This document shows, one piece after another, positions 47,611-61,865 of a stretch of DNA of 64,000 nucleotides. How positions within the stretch are numbered: the stretch's first letter is position 1; each line of letters opens with the position of its first letter. A program made the translations under genes and the position numbers. The notes under the pieces are model-generated. The model was not told the origin of the DNA. It did no database searches and was given only the letters and a program-made list of their open reading frames with translations. The DNA comes from the human T2T-CHM13v2.0 reference genome, Homo sapiens. The stretch lies in NCBI RefSeq assembly GCF_009914755.1, contig NC_060936.1. The stretch is one strand, 5' to 3'.

Positions 47611-47918
47611 AGCTGGGTGTGGTGGCTCACGCCTGTCATCCCAGCACTTTGGGAGGCCAAGGCAGGCGGATCACTTGAGGCCAGGAGTTGGAGACCAGCC
47701 TGGGCAACATGGTGAAACCCCATCTCTACTAAAAATACAAAAATTAGCTGGGCATGGTGGCACACACCTGTAATCCCAGCTACTCAGGAGGCTGAGGCAG
47801 GAGAATCACTTGAAACTGGGAGGTGGAGGTTGCAGTAGGCTTAGATCGCACCATTGCACTCCAGCCTGGGCAACAGAGTGAGACTCTGTCTCAAAAACAA
47901 AACGAAACAAAACAAAAA
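47611..47918 (+). mobile_element. AluS
   Basis: Dimeric Alu with an (AAAC)n tail. Confidence 0.92.
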
Positions 47919-47994
47919 GTTACTAAAGAAATAGAGGAGGAGGAAAAGGGGGAGGTAGGCAAAAAGTCCAAAAAAAAAAAATATATATATATAT

Positions 47995-48830
47995 ATCAAC
48001 CCAAAATAACTGAAAACAGAGACTCAAACAGCTCTTTGTACATCCATGTTCATAGAATAATTATTCACAACAGCCCAAAAGAAGAAACAACCCCAGTGTC
48101 CATCAATGAAAATATGGATAAACAAAAGGTAGTATATGCATACAGTGGAATATTATTCAGCCTTAAAAAGGAATGATGTTCTAACACATGCTGCAACATG
48201 GGTGAACCTTAACAACATGATGCTGAGTGAAAGAAGCCAGACACAAAAGGCCACGCAGTGTAGAAGTCCCCTTATCTGAAATATCTGGAATAGGCAAATC
48301 CATAGTGGATTGCCAGGGGCTGGGAAAAAGAGAAGAACAGGTATTAAGTGATTCCTTAATGGGTACAGAGCTCTATTTGGTGTGATGAATATGTATTGGA
48401 AATAGATAGTGGTGATGATTGCACAACATTGTAAATACTTAATGCCACTGAATTGTAGACTTTAAAAATGGTCACAATGGGCTGGGCGCGGTGGCTCACG
48501 CCTGTAACCCCAGCACTTTGTGAGGCCAAGGTGGGCAGATCAACTGAGGTCAGGAGTTCAAGATCAGCCCGGCCAACATGGTGAAACCCCGTCTCTACTA
48601 AAAACACAAAAATTAGCTGGGCGTGGTGGCACGCACCTGTAATCCCAGCTACTCAGGAGGCTGAGGCTGGAGAATAGCTTGAACCGGGAGGCAGAGGTTG
48701 CAGTGAGCCGAGATCGCATCACTGCACTCCAGACCAGGCAACAGAGCGAAGACTCCACCAAAAAAAAAAAGAAAAAAAAAGGTCAGAATGGCACAATTTT
48801 ATATTGTATCTATTTTACCATAATAAAAAA
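47995..48830 (+). mobile_element. L1MB 3' fragment interrupted by AluS (48479-48780)
   Basis: Alu TSD aaaaatggtcacaatg/aaaaaaggtcagaatg. Confidence 0.85.
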
Positions 48831-49777
48831 AATTTAATCATAGATGATGCATGGACATTGTCCTTATTCTTTCTAACAGCAAAATTAAGAGGGTTGGGAT
48901 CAGGGATCAAGCGGACTGGTATTGAGGCTCAGCACAGTCACTTCAAGCTGAGTGACCTTGGGCAACTCTCTTAACATCTCTGAGCCTGTTTTCTAATCTA
49001 TAATAGTACCCACAACTAAGGGTGGTTGTGAGCATAATGGATGCAAACCACAGTCCCCGGCTCTTAGTGTTGAATAAATAGTGATGATTGTTGAGACTCT
49101 GGGGCACCTAAAAGGCACCAAAATTCTTTTCCACCTCCAAGAGCTGTGCTAGGTTGAGTGTAAAAAAGGCAGAAGAGGAGGCCACGTAATCTGCCTCCAA
49201 GACTCAGGCTCTTAGCCCTATGAAACGAGGCTGGACGCCTGCAAGATGACAGTAGAGGTGATAATTCAGTGACAATGGCTCTATGTAGAGACTTCAAGGA
49301 AACATCCAAATGACATCTTCCAAGGTTGGGTACATAAGAACATCAACCTTTCTGAAGGCCCTTTGTATGTACATTGCCCAAACACCACCTGTGACTAGGC
49401 TGCTTTGGGGGCCTACAGCTCACCTCTGGGCAGGGCCAGGAGGAAGAAGGGCAGAAGCCGGAGGGGTCTGCTGGACACCATCTCAGATGGCCATAGGAGT
49501 GAGGGACCAAGGTTGCTGTTATGAGCTGGTTTATTGAGCCCACTATACATGTTGGGTGGGTCCTGGGGGGTCTCTGTGGCCCTTTCCACAGGGCCAGGTT
49601 CCTGTCTGTGGTTCCTCATGTGCTATTTTTAATTATTCTGCCCCCCCCAAAGCCTAAAACGTCCAAGAGTCACAGAGGCCTGGGTGCTTATCCCCTGGGG
49701 AAAAGAAGCCTTGGGGAGCTGGAGAAGCCAAGTTCAGTGGCTACTCAGCTGGAGAAAAGCAGATTCCAATAGGATAG

Positions 49778-51053
49778 TGTATTAGTCCATTCTCACATTG
49801 CTATTAAGAAATCCCTGAGACTGGGTGATTTATTTATTTTTATTTTTTAAATGTTATTTTACTTTAAGTTCTGGGATACATGTGCTGAACGTGCAGGTTT
49901 GTTACATAGGTATACATGTGCCATGGTGGTCTGCTGCACCTATCAACCCGTCATCTAGGTTTTAAGCCCCACGTGCATTAGGTATTTGTCCTAATGCTCT
50001 CCCTCCCCTTTTCCCCCACCCCTCAACAGGCCCCGGTGTGTGATGTTCCCCTCCCTGTGTTCATGTGTTCTCATTGTTCAACTCCCACTTATAAGTGAGA
50101 ACACGTGGTGTTTGGTTTTCTGTTCCTGTGTTAGTTTGCTGAGCATGATGGTTTCTAGCTTTATCCATGTCCCTGCAAAGGACATGAACTCATTTTTTAT
50201 GGCTGCATAGTACTCCATGGTGTATACATGCCACATTTTCTTTATCCAGTCTATCACTGATGGGCATTTGGGTTGGTTCCGAGTCTTTGCTATTGTAAAT
50301 AGCGCTGCAATAAGCATACGTGTGTATGTGTGCCTTTATACTAGAATGATTTATAATCCTTTGGGTAATACATATTTTATTTATATTTTAAGACTGAGTC
50401 TCACTCTGTCACCCAGGCTGGAGTGCAATGCAGTGGCACAATCTTGGCTCACTGCAACCTCCACCTCCTGGATTCAGGTGATTCTTGTGCCTCTGCCTCC
50501 TGAGTAGCTGGGATTATGGGCATCTGCCACCATGCCCGGCTAATTTTTTTTTTTTTTTTTGTATTTTTAGTAGAGACGAGGTTTTGTTATATTGGCCAGG
50601 CTGATCTCAAACTGTTGGCCTCAAGTGATCCACCCACCTTGGCCTCCCAAAGTGCTGGGATTACTGGCGTGAGCCACCACACCTGGCCAAGACTTGGTAA
50701 TTTACAAAGAAAAGAGGTTTCATTGGTTCACAGTTCCTCAGGCTGTCCAGGAAGGATGATGTTGGCTGGCATCTGCTCAGCTTCTGGAGAGGCCTCAGGA
50801 AACTTACAATCCTAGCAGAAGGCAAAGAGAGAGCCAGCACTTCACATGGCCAGAGTGGGGTTGGGTGGGGAGGAGGTCCCACGCACTTTCAAATAACCAG
50901 ATCTCAAGAGAACTCACTCACTATCCCAAGAACAGCACCAAGAGGGAAATCTACCCCCATGATCCAATCACCTCTCATCAGGCCCTACCTCCAATACTGG
51001 AGATTATAATTTGACATGAGATTTGGGCAGGGACACAGACCCAAACCATATCA
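49778..51053 (-). mobile_element. MST solo LTR containing AluS (50375-50688, -) and L1PA 3' end (49830-50370, -)
   Basis: tgtattagtccattctcac...ccaaaccatatca; TSD gatag/gatgg; inner duplication agact(g/t)ggt(g/a)attt. Confidence 0.88.
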
Positions 51054-51259
51054 GATGGAGAAGGGGCCAGGGAGGTCCAGGGAAGCAGGAAGTACCGTGG
51101 GGGGAAGAAGAACAGCAGGTGGCCTGGGATTCCCAAGAGGCCCTGGGGCTGAAGAATTGTATATGACCAGGGTTGCTCACCATGAAAACTTGTCCCTAAG
51201 AAAAGGGTGACTGAAAAGGCAATGGAAGGGGCGTGGGATACATTTGCAAAAAGGCATGG

Positions 51260-51777
51260 TGTAAGTTTCCTATGACAATAAGATTAGGGGCTTAATACAA
51301 CACACATTCATTATCTTAAAATTCTGGAGATCAGAATTTCAAAATAGGTCTTACTAGGCAAAAATCAAGGTGTAAAGAAAACTGTATTTGTTCTAGGACC
51401 TCTAGGGGAGAGTCTGTTTCCTTGTCTTTTCCAGCTTCTAGAGACCATCAGTATACCTTGTTCCTGGCCCCTTCCTCCCTCTCCCAAGCCGTTGGTGTAG
51501 CATCTTCAGACCTCTCTCTCTGACTCTGACCTCTGACCCTCCTGCCTTCCTCTTTCCCTTATAAGGACCTCTGGGATGACTTTGAGCACGGCTAGATCAT
51601 CCATGATAATCTCCCCATCTCAACATCCTTCATTTAATGACATTTTCAAAGTCCCTTTACTATGTAATATCACATATTCACAGGTCACATACTCACAGGT
51701 CACACGTTCAGAGATGTCCCTGGGGATGAGGGCATGGGCATCTTTGGGGAAAGGGGGTCATTATTCTGACTACTACA
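51260..51777 (-). mobile_element. MLT1 MaLR solo LTR
   Basis: aaaatcaaggtg...ccttgtcttttccagcttctaga...ttataaggac...cattattctgactactaca. Confidence 0.8.
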
Positions 51778-52680
51778 GCAAGGAATTCCCTCCTCCTCTC
51801 TGAGCCTCAACTTTCTCATCTGTAAAATGGGGCTAATAATAATAGCACTGATATCTGGGGTTTGTCTGAGGATGACACCAGGAATAGAATAATCTCTTAG
51901 CAGGCCCCCTGGGAAAAACCAAGTGTCAGGGGTGGGGAGGGGGACATTGGTCAGGGTCCAACCCTTTCTTTCCCCACCCACCCCCTTTTCCCCACAGATA
52001 CCCCAGTAGGCCTGTGGAATCTTTGGAATCAGGGTTTGCCAATTCCTTGTCCAAGTGTGAGGCTCAGGAGAGAGCGACATATTGACTCCCAGCCCCGGCT
52101 CTGACAAGACAGTGTCATTCTTCATATAAAAGTGAAGAATGAATCTTCACACCCCCCAATCTGGGAGTAATGGGATTTTTCAGGCAGGCTTCATTACTGT
52201 GCCTCGGTGCCATTTGACTGATAATTGCATTCTGAAGCTGGAATTGATAAATTGCCCATGCATTGTCATTACTGGATGTTTACCTGATCTATTTGATGAA
52301 TATTAATTCACAAAAAAATATTTCCATTCCTGAAGCGATTCTGGGCAAAATAATGCCTTTCTCTCTCCTACCAGGGATTGCCGAAACAATGTACAGAGTT
52401 AAGTAATAACAAGCCCTTGTCAGAGTGATTTATTGGGCATGAAAACAAAGAGAGAGGAGGACTTCAGCCTCTCCTTTATTAAGCAACACCTGGGGGAAGG
52501 AACACAGCGTTCCATTCCAGAGCTGGGAGCGGACGGCAGAGAGGTGGCATTTGAAGGCCACAGAGAAAAGAGTTTATACAATATATTCACCTTTTGCCAA
52601 GGTATCTTCCAAGGAGCACCAAGATGTTTCCTATGTACCCCCGACCCCATGCTGGGGAGCTTATAGAGAGAGTTGAAATT

Positions 52681-53004
<324 letters not shown>

Positions 53005-53226
53005 TTATTGAGCACTAGCTACGATTCTGTCTTTCCGGCCATGCATTTAATCCTCACTACAAACTTGAGAGGCTGGGCCCATCATTGTCCCCATTTTACA
53101 GAGCAGTACACTGGGGCTCAGAGAGGTTAAGATCATACTTAACCAAGGTCATAGTGGTTGAAACTGGCAGAGCTGCATCTGGAACCTAACTCTGACTCCT
53201 AAAGACAGTTATCTTTCCACCGTATA

Positions 53227-53730
53227 AGGGGTTAACAAACTATAGTCCATGGGCTATTTTTGTAAACTGAGTTTCATTGACACATAGCCATATCCATTCT
53301 TTTATTGTTTTTTGGGGTTTGAGACAGGATTTTGCTCTGTCACCCAGGCTGGGGTGCAGTGATGCAATCTCGGCTCACTGCAACCTCTGCCTCCCGGGTT
53401 CTAAGTGATTCTCCTGCCTCGGCCTCCGGAGTAGCTGGGATTACAGGCATGTGCCACCACGCCCGGCTAATTTTGTATTTTTAGTAGAGACAGGGCTTCA
53501 CCATGTTGGCCAGGCTGGTCTTGAACTCCTGATCTCAGGTGATCCACCTGCCTTGGCCTCCCAAAGTGCTGGGATTACAGGCGTGAGCCACCGCACCCGG
53601 CCATTTATTGTCTATACCTGATTTCACACTACAATGGCAGAATTGAGTCGTTTCAACAAAGACCATATGGCCTTTGAAGCCTAAAATCTTTACTACCTGG
53701 TCCTTTAAGAAAAAGTTAGCTCACCCCTGC
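53227..53730. mobile_element. MER58A interrupted by AluS (53300-53602, -)
   Basis: ggggttaacaaactatagtcc...aagcctaaaatctttactacctgg...acccctg. Confidence 0.8.
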
Positions 53731-54270
53731 TCCTATACCATTTGCCAGCAAGTTTAGATTCCACCTGGAGACCCTACACTGAATACCCAGTAAATGGCAG
53801 CCGAACAATAATTACTACTGTTGCTGGTTGTTGTTTTAGTATTATACTATTATTATACTGCTTTTATCATCTTTATCTCCTTGAGAAAGACAAAGAAATC
53901 TTTCCAGCCACCCCATTAAGGAACCGGCCTTCAAGATAATAAGCGTTGTGTTTCCTGCAGTAAATCATAAGATCCTTAAACATATTTAATAATATCTTAG
54001 GTCTTTCAATGTTTCCAGCTTCTTAATGAGAATTTAAATTGCAACCACATCCTTCAACAAGCTCTTCTGAAAATGTAAGCTGCTCTCCCTCTCATTACAG
54101 AACAATTCTAGAGATGTCCAAAGGCACACAGTTGGAAAAGGTCCAAGTTATTTACCAAGATACGGGTGGGAATAGTCAGACCTCTTGGGGTACCTTAGCC
54201 CATCTTTCCCTGCTGCCCAGAGCCCACTCAGCATCCGTGGAAGCCATGAAAGAACTCCTGGGCTCTAAGT

Positions 54271-54378
54271 AGGGTGACCAACCATCGCGGATGGACTGAG
54301 GGATTTCCAAGGATGTGGGACTTTCAGTACTAAGACCAGGAACACCCTGGGTAAACTGGGATGAGTTGATCACTCCCT
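54271..54378. mobile_element. MER94/MER81-like hAT-Blackjack MITE
   Basis: Terminal inverted repeats agggtgaccaac.../...gttgatcactccct. Confidence 0.65.
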
Positions 54379-54884
54379 CTCCAAGACATTTGGCATTCAC
54401 CCCACCAGAAACAGATGGGAAGTCCAGCTGAAGTCAACCACAGCTCTTTTAATTTGGGAGAACTTCTTGTTAAATGCTAATCTCCCACACACACCTTTTT
54501 AGGGACTAACTTGGCTGTGCTGAATTTAGACTCTGAATATTACTCAAGCCATCTTTGAACCACCTTGGGCCAAGACACACAGGTGTGGCCTTCCCTGGTA
54601 ACTTCTCTAGAGACCAAGAAGGGTAGAAATTAAGAACACAGATTCTACACTCGCTAGTCATATAAACGTGGGCAAGTTACTGCCTGCCTCTGAGCCTCAG
54701 TTTCTTCATCTGTAAGATGGGGACAATAGAAATACTTGCTTCAAAGGGTTCAGGTCATGATGAAATGAGTTAAAACAACCAGAGCCCATTCAAAAGAGCC
54801 TGGTACCCAATAACTGTTTTGTGCTGGCTATGCTTCAAAATCTCTGAACCTGAATTTGCACCGTGAGGATTTGCTCATATTTTA

Positions 54885-55375
<491 letters not shown>

Positions 55376-55759
55376 TAAACAACGTCCGGCATTTCCTAAA
55401 AGTTAAGGCTCAGGAGGGAGATGAGTATAAGGACAGATCACAGGATAGGAATATGGGATTCCGGAGGCACTTGCCCTGGCCCGGGGCTTTGCTGCTCACA
55501 TGCGGCATATTCCAATCCCCTGCAAGTTAGAATTACCCAGGATGCTTTTTAAAATCCTGGTACCCAGACGCCACCCCAGCCCAATTAAATCAGCTCTAGG
55601 AGTGAAGCCCAGGCAGCCAGAGTTTCAAAGCTCCCCAGGTGACTAACTGCAACCAGGAGCGAGACTCATGGCTCCAGCCTAGACCAGATCCTAAAATTCG
55701 TCTAGGGCTCCATTTCCCTCTCTCTAAGTCGGCAGAAGCAGACTAAGGACTTCAATATA

Positions 55760-56110
55760 GAATTATCTTAAGGAAATTTACAAAACATGAAATTGACCAT
55801 TTTCACACAGACACTTCAACGGCATTTACAGTCAACAATGTGGTGCAACCACCACCTCTATCTACTTAAAAACATTTATATCACCCCCAGAGGAAACCCC
55901 AGACCCACTAATAACAGTCACTCCCCATGTCCCCTCCTCTCAGCCCCTGGCAACACCCATCTGCTCTGGCTCTATGGGTTTACCCATTCTGGACATTTCA
56001 TAGAAATGGAATCCTGCAGTACAAGCCCTTTTGTGTCTGGCTTTTTTCACTTTGTCTAATCTTTTTGAGGTTCATCCACATTGCAGCATGCACGCATATC
56101 TCATTTCTTT
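55760..56110 (-). mobile_element. L1MB 3' UTR fragment
   Basis: acatgaaattgaccatttt...attctggacatttcatagaaatggaatc. Confidence 0.8.
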
Positions 56111-58521
56111 TAAGTTACATTGAGACACTAGTGCTCGGTGAACCGAATCGAAACTCCAATTCACCTGCTGTACAGGCTGGGGCCTCAAGAACAAGCCTCT
56201 CACTTCCCAGAGTGCCTGTCCCCGTGCCCGTCCCCTGTCAGGATCCATTACGGAGGGACAAGGATGGAGACACAGGCGCCTGTTCCGCTCAGCCCCGCTC
56301 AGCGTCAGCTGGAGCAGCTGTGACACTTCCTTTTCATGGTGGGGAATCTGCAGTGCCACCAAGAAGCTGCGAGCCCCTGATCAAACCTAACAGGAGTGAA
56401 GCTGAGCAGTGAGACAGCCTCACTCTCACCCGATGACCTGCTCAAGAAACAAAGCCGGGAGAAAATGAAGCAAGTGATTCCCGGGCCTCTTGGAAACCGA
56501 GTGTATTTTAGAAACCCACCTCCAAATTCCACCAACCACCAGGGCATCTCCCCTACATCTAAAAAACCAGAGTGAGGGCTTAGATGCAGCGTATAAAAAA
56601 GAGAGAGAGGGAGAGAAGAGACATAAGAAACCCACTGTCACTTTCGAAGGTTTCCATAAACTGGGTTCCACCGAATAATACTATTCCACAATGTGTTAAC
56701 AGGTTCTATGGGAAAGAGAGACCCAATGCTCTAATAAGTTTGGGTTATCACCAAATATCAGCTCCCATTTTTGGAGATTCTACAAGCAAGTTTGCAAATT
56801 AAAGGCTCTGAGAAGTCCTGCAGGAAAGAAAACTATACTCATTTATTTAACACATCTGATCAAGGAAATATTTCTAGGGGAGGAAACTCACTGACCTATA
56901 AATGCATCATAAACATCCCTACACATCTTGAATTCTTTGTTCAACAAATATCTATTGAGAACCTACTATGTGCCAGGCACAGTTTCAAGGACTGAGAATG
57001 TGGTGGTGGAAAAGATAGTTGTGATTCCTGCACCTCAAAAAGTCTACATTTGAGTAAGTGGAGATAGGTAATTAACAAGCTAATAAGTAAACAAGAATAA
57101 CAACACCTGAAATCCGCTCTTTCAGTGTTTGCCTCAAAGTTCCCTTCATTCAAACCTTTCCAGCCCCCTCCAGTCAAGAGTGATGTCTCCTTCTTTGAGC
57201 TCCTACAAATTTATGGTCTGCACCATTCAGGAGGTAATAAATTGCACTCTGCCTGTGACAGCTCCCAAATAATTATGTTGAACTTTCATAATCTCTTGGA
57301 TTGATAAAGTTCCAGGCTTTATGTCTTGTTTTCTCAGCCACATTGCATGTTCCTTGGAGGAAGGAAAGGAGTCTGTTTCTCTCCCCTCTTGACTCCAATT
57401 GTGTAAAGCCCAAAGTATGGCATTTCCTTGGGCCGCTCTGGGTGGATTATAATGAGTCTAGATGTCATGTATGGCCCTGTCCAGGGGCCCCTTGGACCTA
57501 CCAAAGCAGAACCACAGACGCAGAGCCCAGAAATCAGTGTTTTTGCAAAGCATTCCAGGTGACTCTGATGCACAGCCAAGCTTGAGAACCTCTTAGCCTA
57601 CAGTATCCACCCCCGCCTCCTAGATCCTGGGATTAAATCCCAGCTCCAACCTCGATAAGTGGGAAATCAAGGTTGGAAAATCAAATGAGGAAGTTATTTA
57701 ACCCCTCTAAACCTCAATTTCCTCATCTCTAAATTGGGAGTAATAATAGTGACTACCTCAAAGAGTTGGTATGAGGATTAAATGAGATTTTCCTTTGGAA
57801 AAGGTTTAGCCCAGGGCCTGGTCCGCAGCTGGGACCCAATCCCTGCTAGATCTCACTAGCATGATTACTTCCATGATCACTAAGAAAACGTAGCATGTCT
57901 AATTGCATCTCAATCTGAAGCCTCTGCCCATCTCTCCATCCTCAACTCCTACACCCCTCTCCTCTCCCATCCATTCCAGCCCTGGTGAATTCGTTGCCAT
58001 CCTTCCAATGAAACCTGCTCATTCCCACTCTGGCTAGCTGACCACAAGCTCCTTCCTCCCAGGCCACATCTAGATGACATTTCCAGCCTCCTTTGCAGTT
58101 AGAGTTCTGGCCAATGGAATACGGATGCAGCAAATTAGAGCACTTCTAGACATGGTCAGTAAGAACTCCTGTGCAATCTTACACACCCTCTCCTTTTCCC
58201 CTCCCCTTCTCCCCAGTCTACCTTCTGGGTGTCAATATCCAGGGCAACCCTGGTAACTACACATTGAAGATGGTAGAGCATGGGTCCTGGGCTTCCTGAA
58301 TGACCATGTGGAGCAGACTCCCCACCCCCCGCCTCTAATCCAGAGCATCCATTTTTAGTCTTTACCTAAATTAGAATTAAACTTCTACCATATTCAGCTA
58401 CTGAGACTTTAAGGTTTATCTTTTACAATAATCAGCATTACCTTAACTAATACATCACCAGAGGGGCTTAGATGTGCTGTTCCCTCTTCCTGGAAATTTC
58501 TTCCCTATTCATACCTCTACG

Positions 58522-58767
58522 CCAAGGTTTCTCAACTTTGACATTGTTAACTTTTGGGTCTGGCTAATTCTTTGTTGATGGGGGTTGCGCTGTCCTGTGT
58601 ATTGAAGGATGTTAGGCAGCATCCCTGGCTCCTACCCACTAGAAAGGCGAAGTAGCACCCCCACCCCCTTCCCCATTTGTGACAAGCCAACCTACCTCCT
58701 GAGACTGCCAAATGTCCACGGGAGCAGAAGAGAGGGGTGCAAAAATCACCCCCAGTTGAGATTCACC
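58522..58767. mobile_element. MER20
   Basis: ggtttctcaac...gcagcatccctggctcctacccactaga...aaaatcacccccagttgaga. Confidence 0.8.
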
Positions 58768-59565
58768 AATCGACATAAATGTCAGCTTCTTAGAAAGTAT
58801 TTTCCTGGCCACTTAAACTAAAATAACCCCCTTGCCTCATCAACATCACTCTCTGTTGCTTTGCCCCACTTGTTTGTGGTTGTCCATAGAAAGTGCCACT
58901 CACTGAAATTATATTATGAATCAGTTGACTGGTTTGCTGGCTGTCTCCCCAGCTTGCACGTAAGTCTCACATGAGCAGAGGCCTTGTCCATTTTGTTCTC
59001 TGCTGTATCCCTCACGCCCAGCCCAGCATCCAGCTCCTAGCAGGAGCTGAAAAATAAATAATCCAATAAATACTTAATGAATGAGAGGCAAATCAGATGC
59101 CAGCAGTGAGAAATGGATGGGGATGGGAGGATTAGAACTCAGGGGATGGACAGTATAATTTGACCCCAATTTACTTAGTGATTCAGAAAGCAGAAAGTGA
59201 TTCAAGTGACTGAAGAGAGGGTAAAGATGAATTTTGGAGGCTGTGGGCATTTGTGAGGTTCAGTCTCTGCAGCTCTGTCAACAGCAGCTCTCAGCTAGGA
59301 GGAAGTAGAGCCCGAATGAGCCTTTGCTGAGGCCCCCAGCCCTCAAGGACTGGCCACCAGTGAGCTGCTAACCAATGGAACCTAACAAACTGATCTCGGT
59401 TTGTTTTTTTTGTCTTTTGTTTTGTTTGTTTTGTTTTTTTGTTTTGCCTCACTGCAGTCATATAACAAAGAACCCACATAATTCAGGAACTATCACTCTA
59501 TTAATCTGCACTCTACAGTATCTCCATCAACTGCCAGTTTAATACGAAAATAAATCCTCTCTCAA

Positions 59566-59948
<383 letters not shown>

Positions 59949-60624
59949 TAATATGCAGAAGAAATGAAGGACAGATGCTGCAGTATGAAGATGGTTAAAC
60001 TGTTTAACCATCCCAGACCTCCAGCTTGTCTTTGTTTTGTTTTGTTTTGTTTTGGGGGTGGTGGTGTTATTTTTGGTTCCTTTTAGAAAAGGGAAAATAG
60101 AAATGAAAAGAGATGAGTAAAGTTAATGAGCTTATAAAAACAAAGCTAAAAATAAATGAAGACATGAGAATGATGATTGTGGGATGAAATAAAATTAAGT
60201 TAAATTGAAATTAAAATGTGCTGTGATATCTTTCAAAGAGGATCAGACTTGATAAATTGATGAGTCTTTATCAATTGCATCAAAAGACCCATCAATTGGT
60301 TGCTTCCCAACCAATGCCTGGGTCTCGGATGAAACCCTTTTGGTGACTGGTGCTTCAGAAGGCCCGTACTTGGAGGGCAGGCCTGGCAAATAGAAAGTTC
60401 TTGCTTTAATGAAGCCCAAACTATGGCCAGGGTGACTTCTGCCCTCCTGGCCCTGCTCTGCCCTCTACACCCACACAACACAGCCTCCTCTGCCCCGTAG
60501 AGCCCTTCTCACAGGTGACAATGGGACGTGACTATACCCCTCCCCACTTCTGTTTCAGGAAACTATCTCTAGTTCCTTCAACCATACTAGAAGGGATACA
60601 ATTTGGGGGAAGGAATAACTTTAG

Positions 60625-60815
60625 CACAGTGCTTCTCAAAGTGTGGCCCCCTGTCCAGCAGCATCGGCAACACCTGAGGACTTGCTATTAATGCAGATTC
60701 CCAGGCCCCGCCCCAGACATATGGAGTCAGAAATTCTGGGCATGAAGCCCAGCGATCTGTGTTTTCACCAGCCCTCTAGGAGATTCTGATCCATGCTCAA
60801 GTTTGAGAAGAACTG
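60625..60815. mobile_element. MER5A
   Basis: cagtgcttctcaaagtgtggcc...caagtttgagaagaactg. Confidence 0.82.
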
Positions 60816-61391
60816 CTTCCCATTAAGACAGGACTTAGCAGATTAACCTCTCTCTGCCTCCACTTCCCCTCCATAAAATGGGGCAATTAGAAGTACCCAC
60901 ATCACAGAGTAATTGTAAGAAATTAGTGAGATAAGGTATGTGACAGAGTTTACCGGGACTCTGGTAAGCCTGGAGCTTACTGAGGAGGTCAGTGAAAGAT
61001 AATACCAGTTACTAATGTTATCACTACAATTAGCTAAGGTTTGATAGCTATAAAGAGGACAGCTCTAAATTTGGTCAAGCTCTACTTAGAGTCACCTGCT
61101 TAGAAAAGAAGATGTTTTGGAGGTTCTGCAGGGACCTGAGGCAACTCCCAGGCAGCACTTAGAAGTTCACAACCTGCCTGCTGCCTGAACTTAGAAAAAA
61201 GTGTGGTTATTCTTGCCTCCTTCAGCAGGCCAGCTGAGAATGCCAAGTGACAGTCTCTGCTGGGGGTTAGACCACTGAGCTTGGGCTCAAGGAGCAGGCA
61301 GGATTTTTCTTGGAAAAAAATAAGGTCCCAATGTGAGAAGATTCTTGTTGGCATTCATTTTCACCAACCATCTGCCTTTGAGAGCTCTACA

Positions 61392-61716
61392 GCTGCCCTG
61401 TCCAATAGGGTAGTCACTAGACACATATGGCTACTGGGCACTTGAAACATAGCTAACCAAATTGAGATGGGCTGTAAGTATAAAATACACACAGATTTCT
61501 AAGACTTAACACAAAATAAAAGAACTTAAAATGTCTCCGTAAAAATATTTTATATTGATGACATGTTGCAATGATTCTACTTTGGATATACTGGGCTAAA
61601 AAAACCATAATGTTAAAATGAATGTCACTGGTTTCTTTTTTACTTTTTTAATGTAGCTACTAGAAAAATGTTAAACTATTTGTGGCTTGCTTTATATTTC
61701 TATTAGAGAGTTGATC
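61392..61716. mobile_element. MER33
   Basis: ctgtccaatag...cactagacacatatggctactg...ataaaatacac. Confidence 0.78.
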
Positions 61717-61865
61717 TAGACAGTTGAGCACACAGGAGAGCCAAGTCCAATTCATTCCAAGCGAAGTCTTCAGCTCCTCTTGAATTTATTACAATGAATT
61801 TCAGATAGTAAATGGTCCTGTACTCTCCATTTCCCAGCATCATCATTTGCTAGCTAAGAAGAGTC

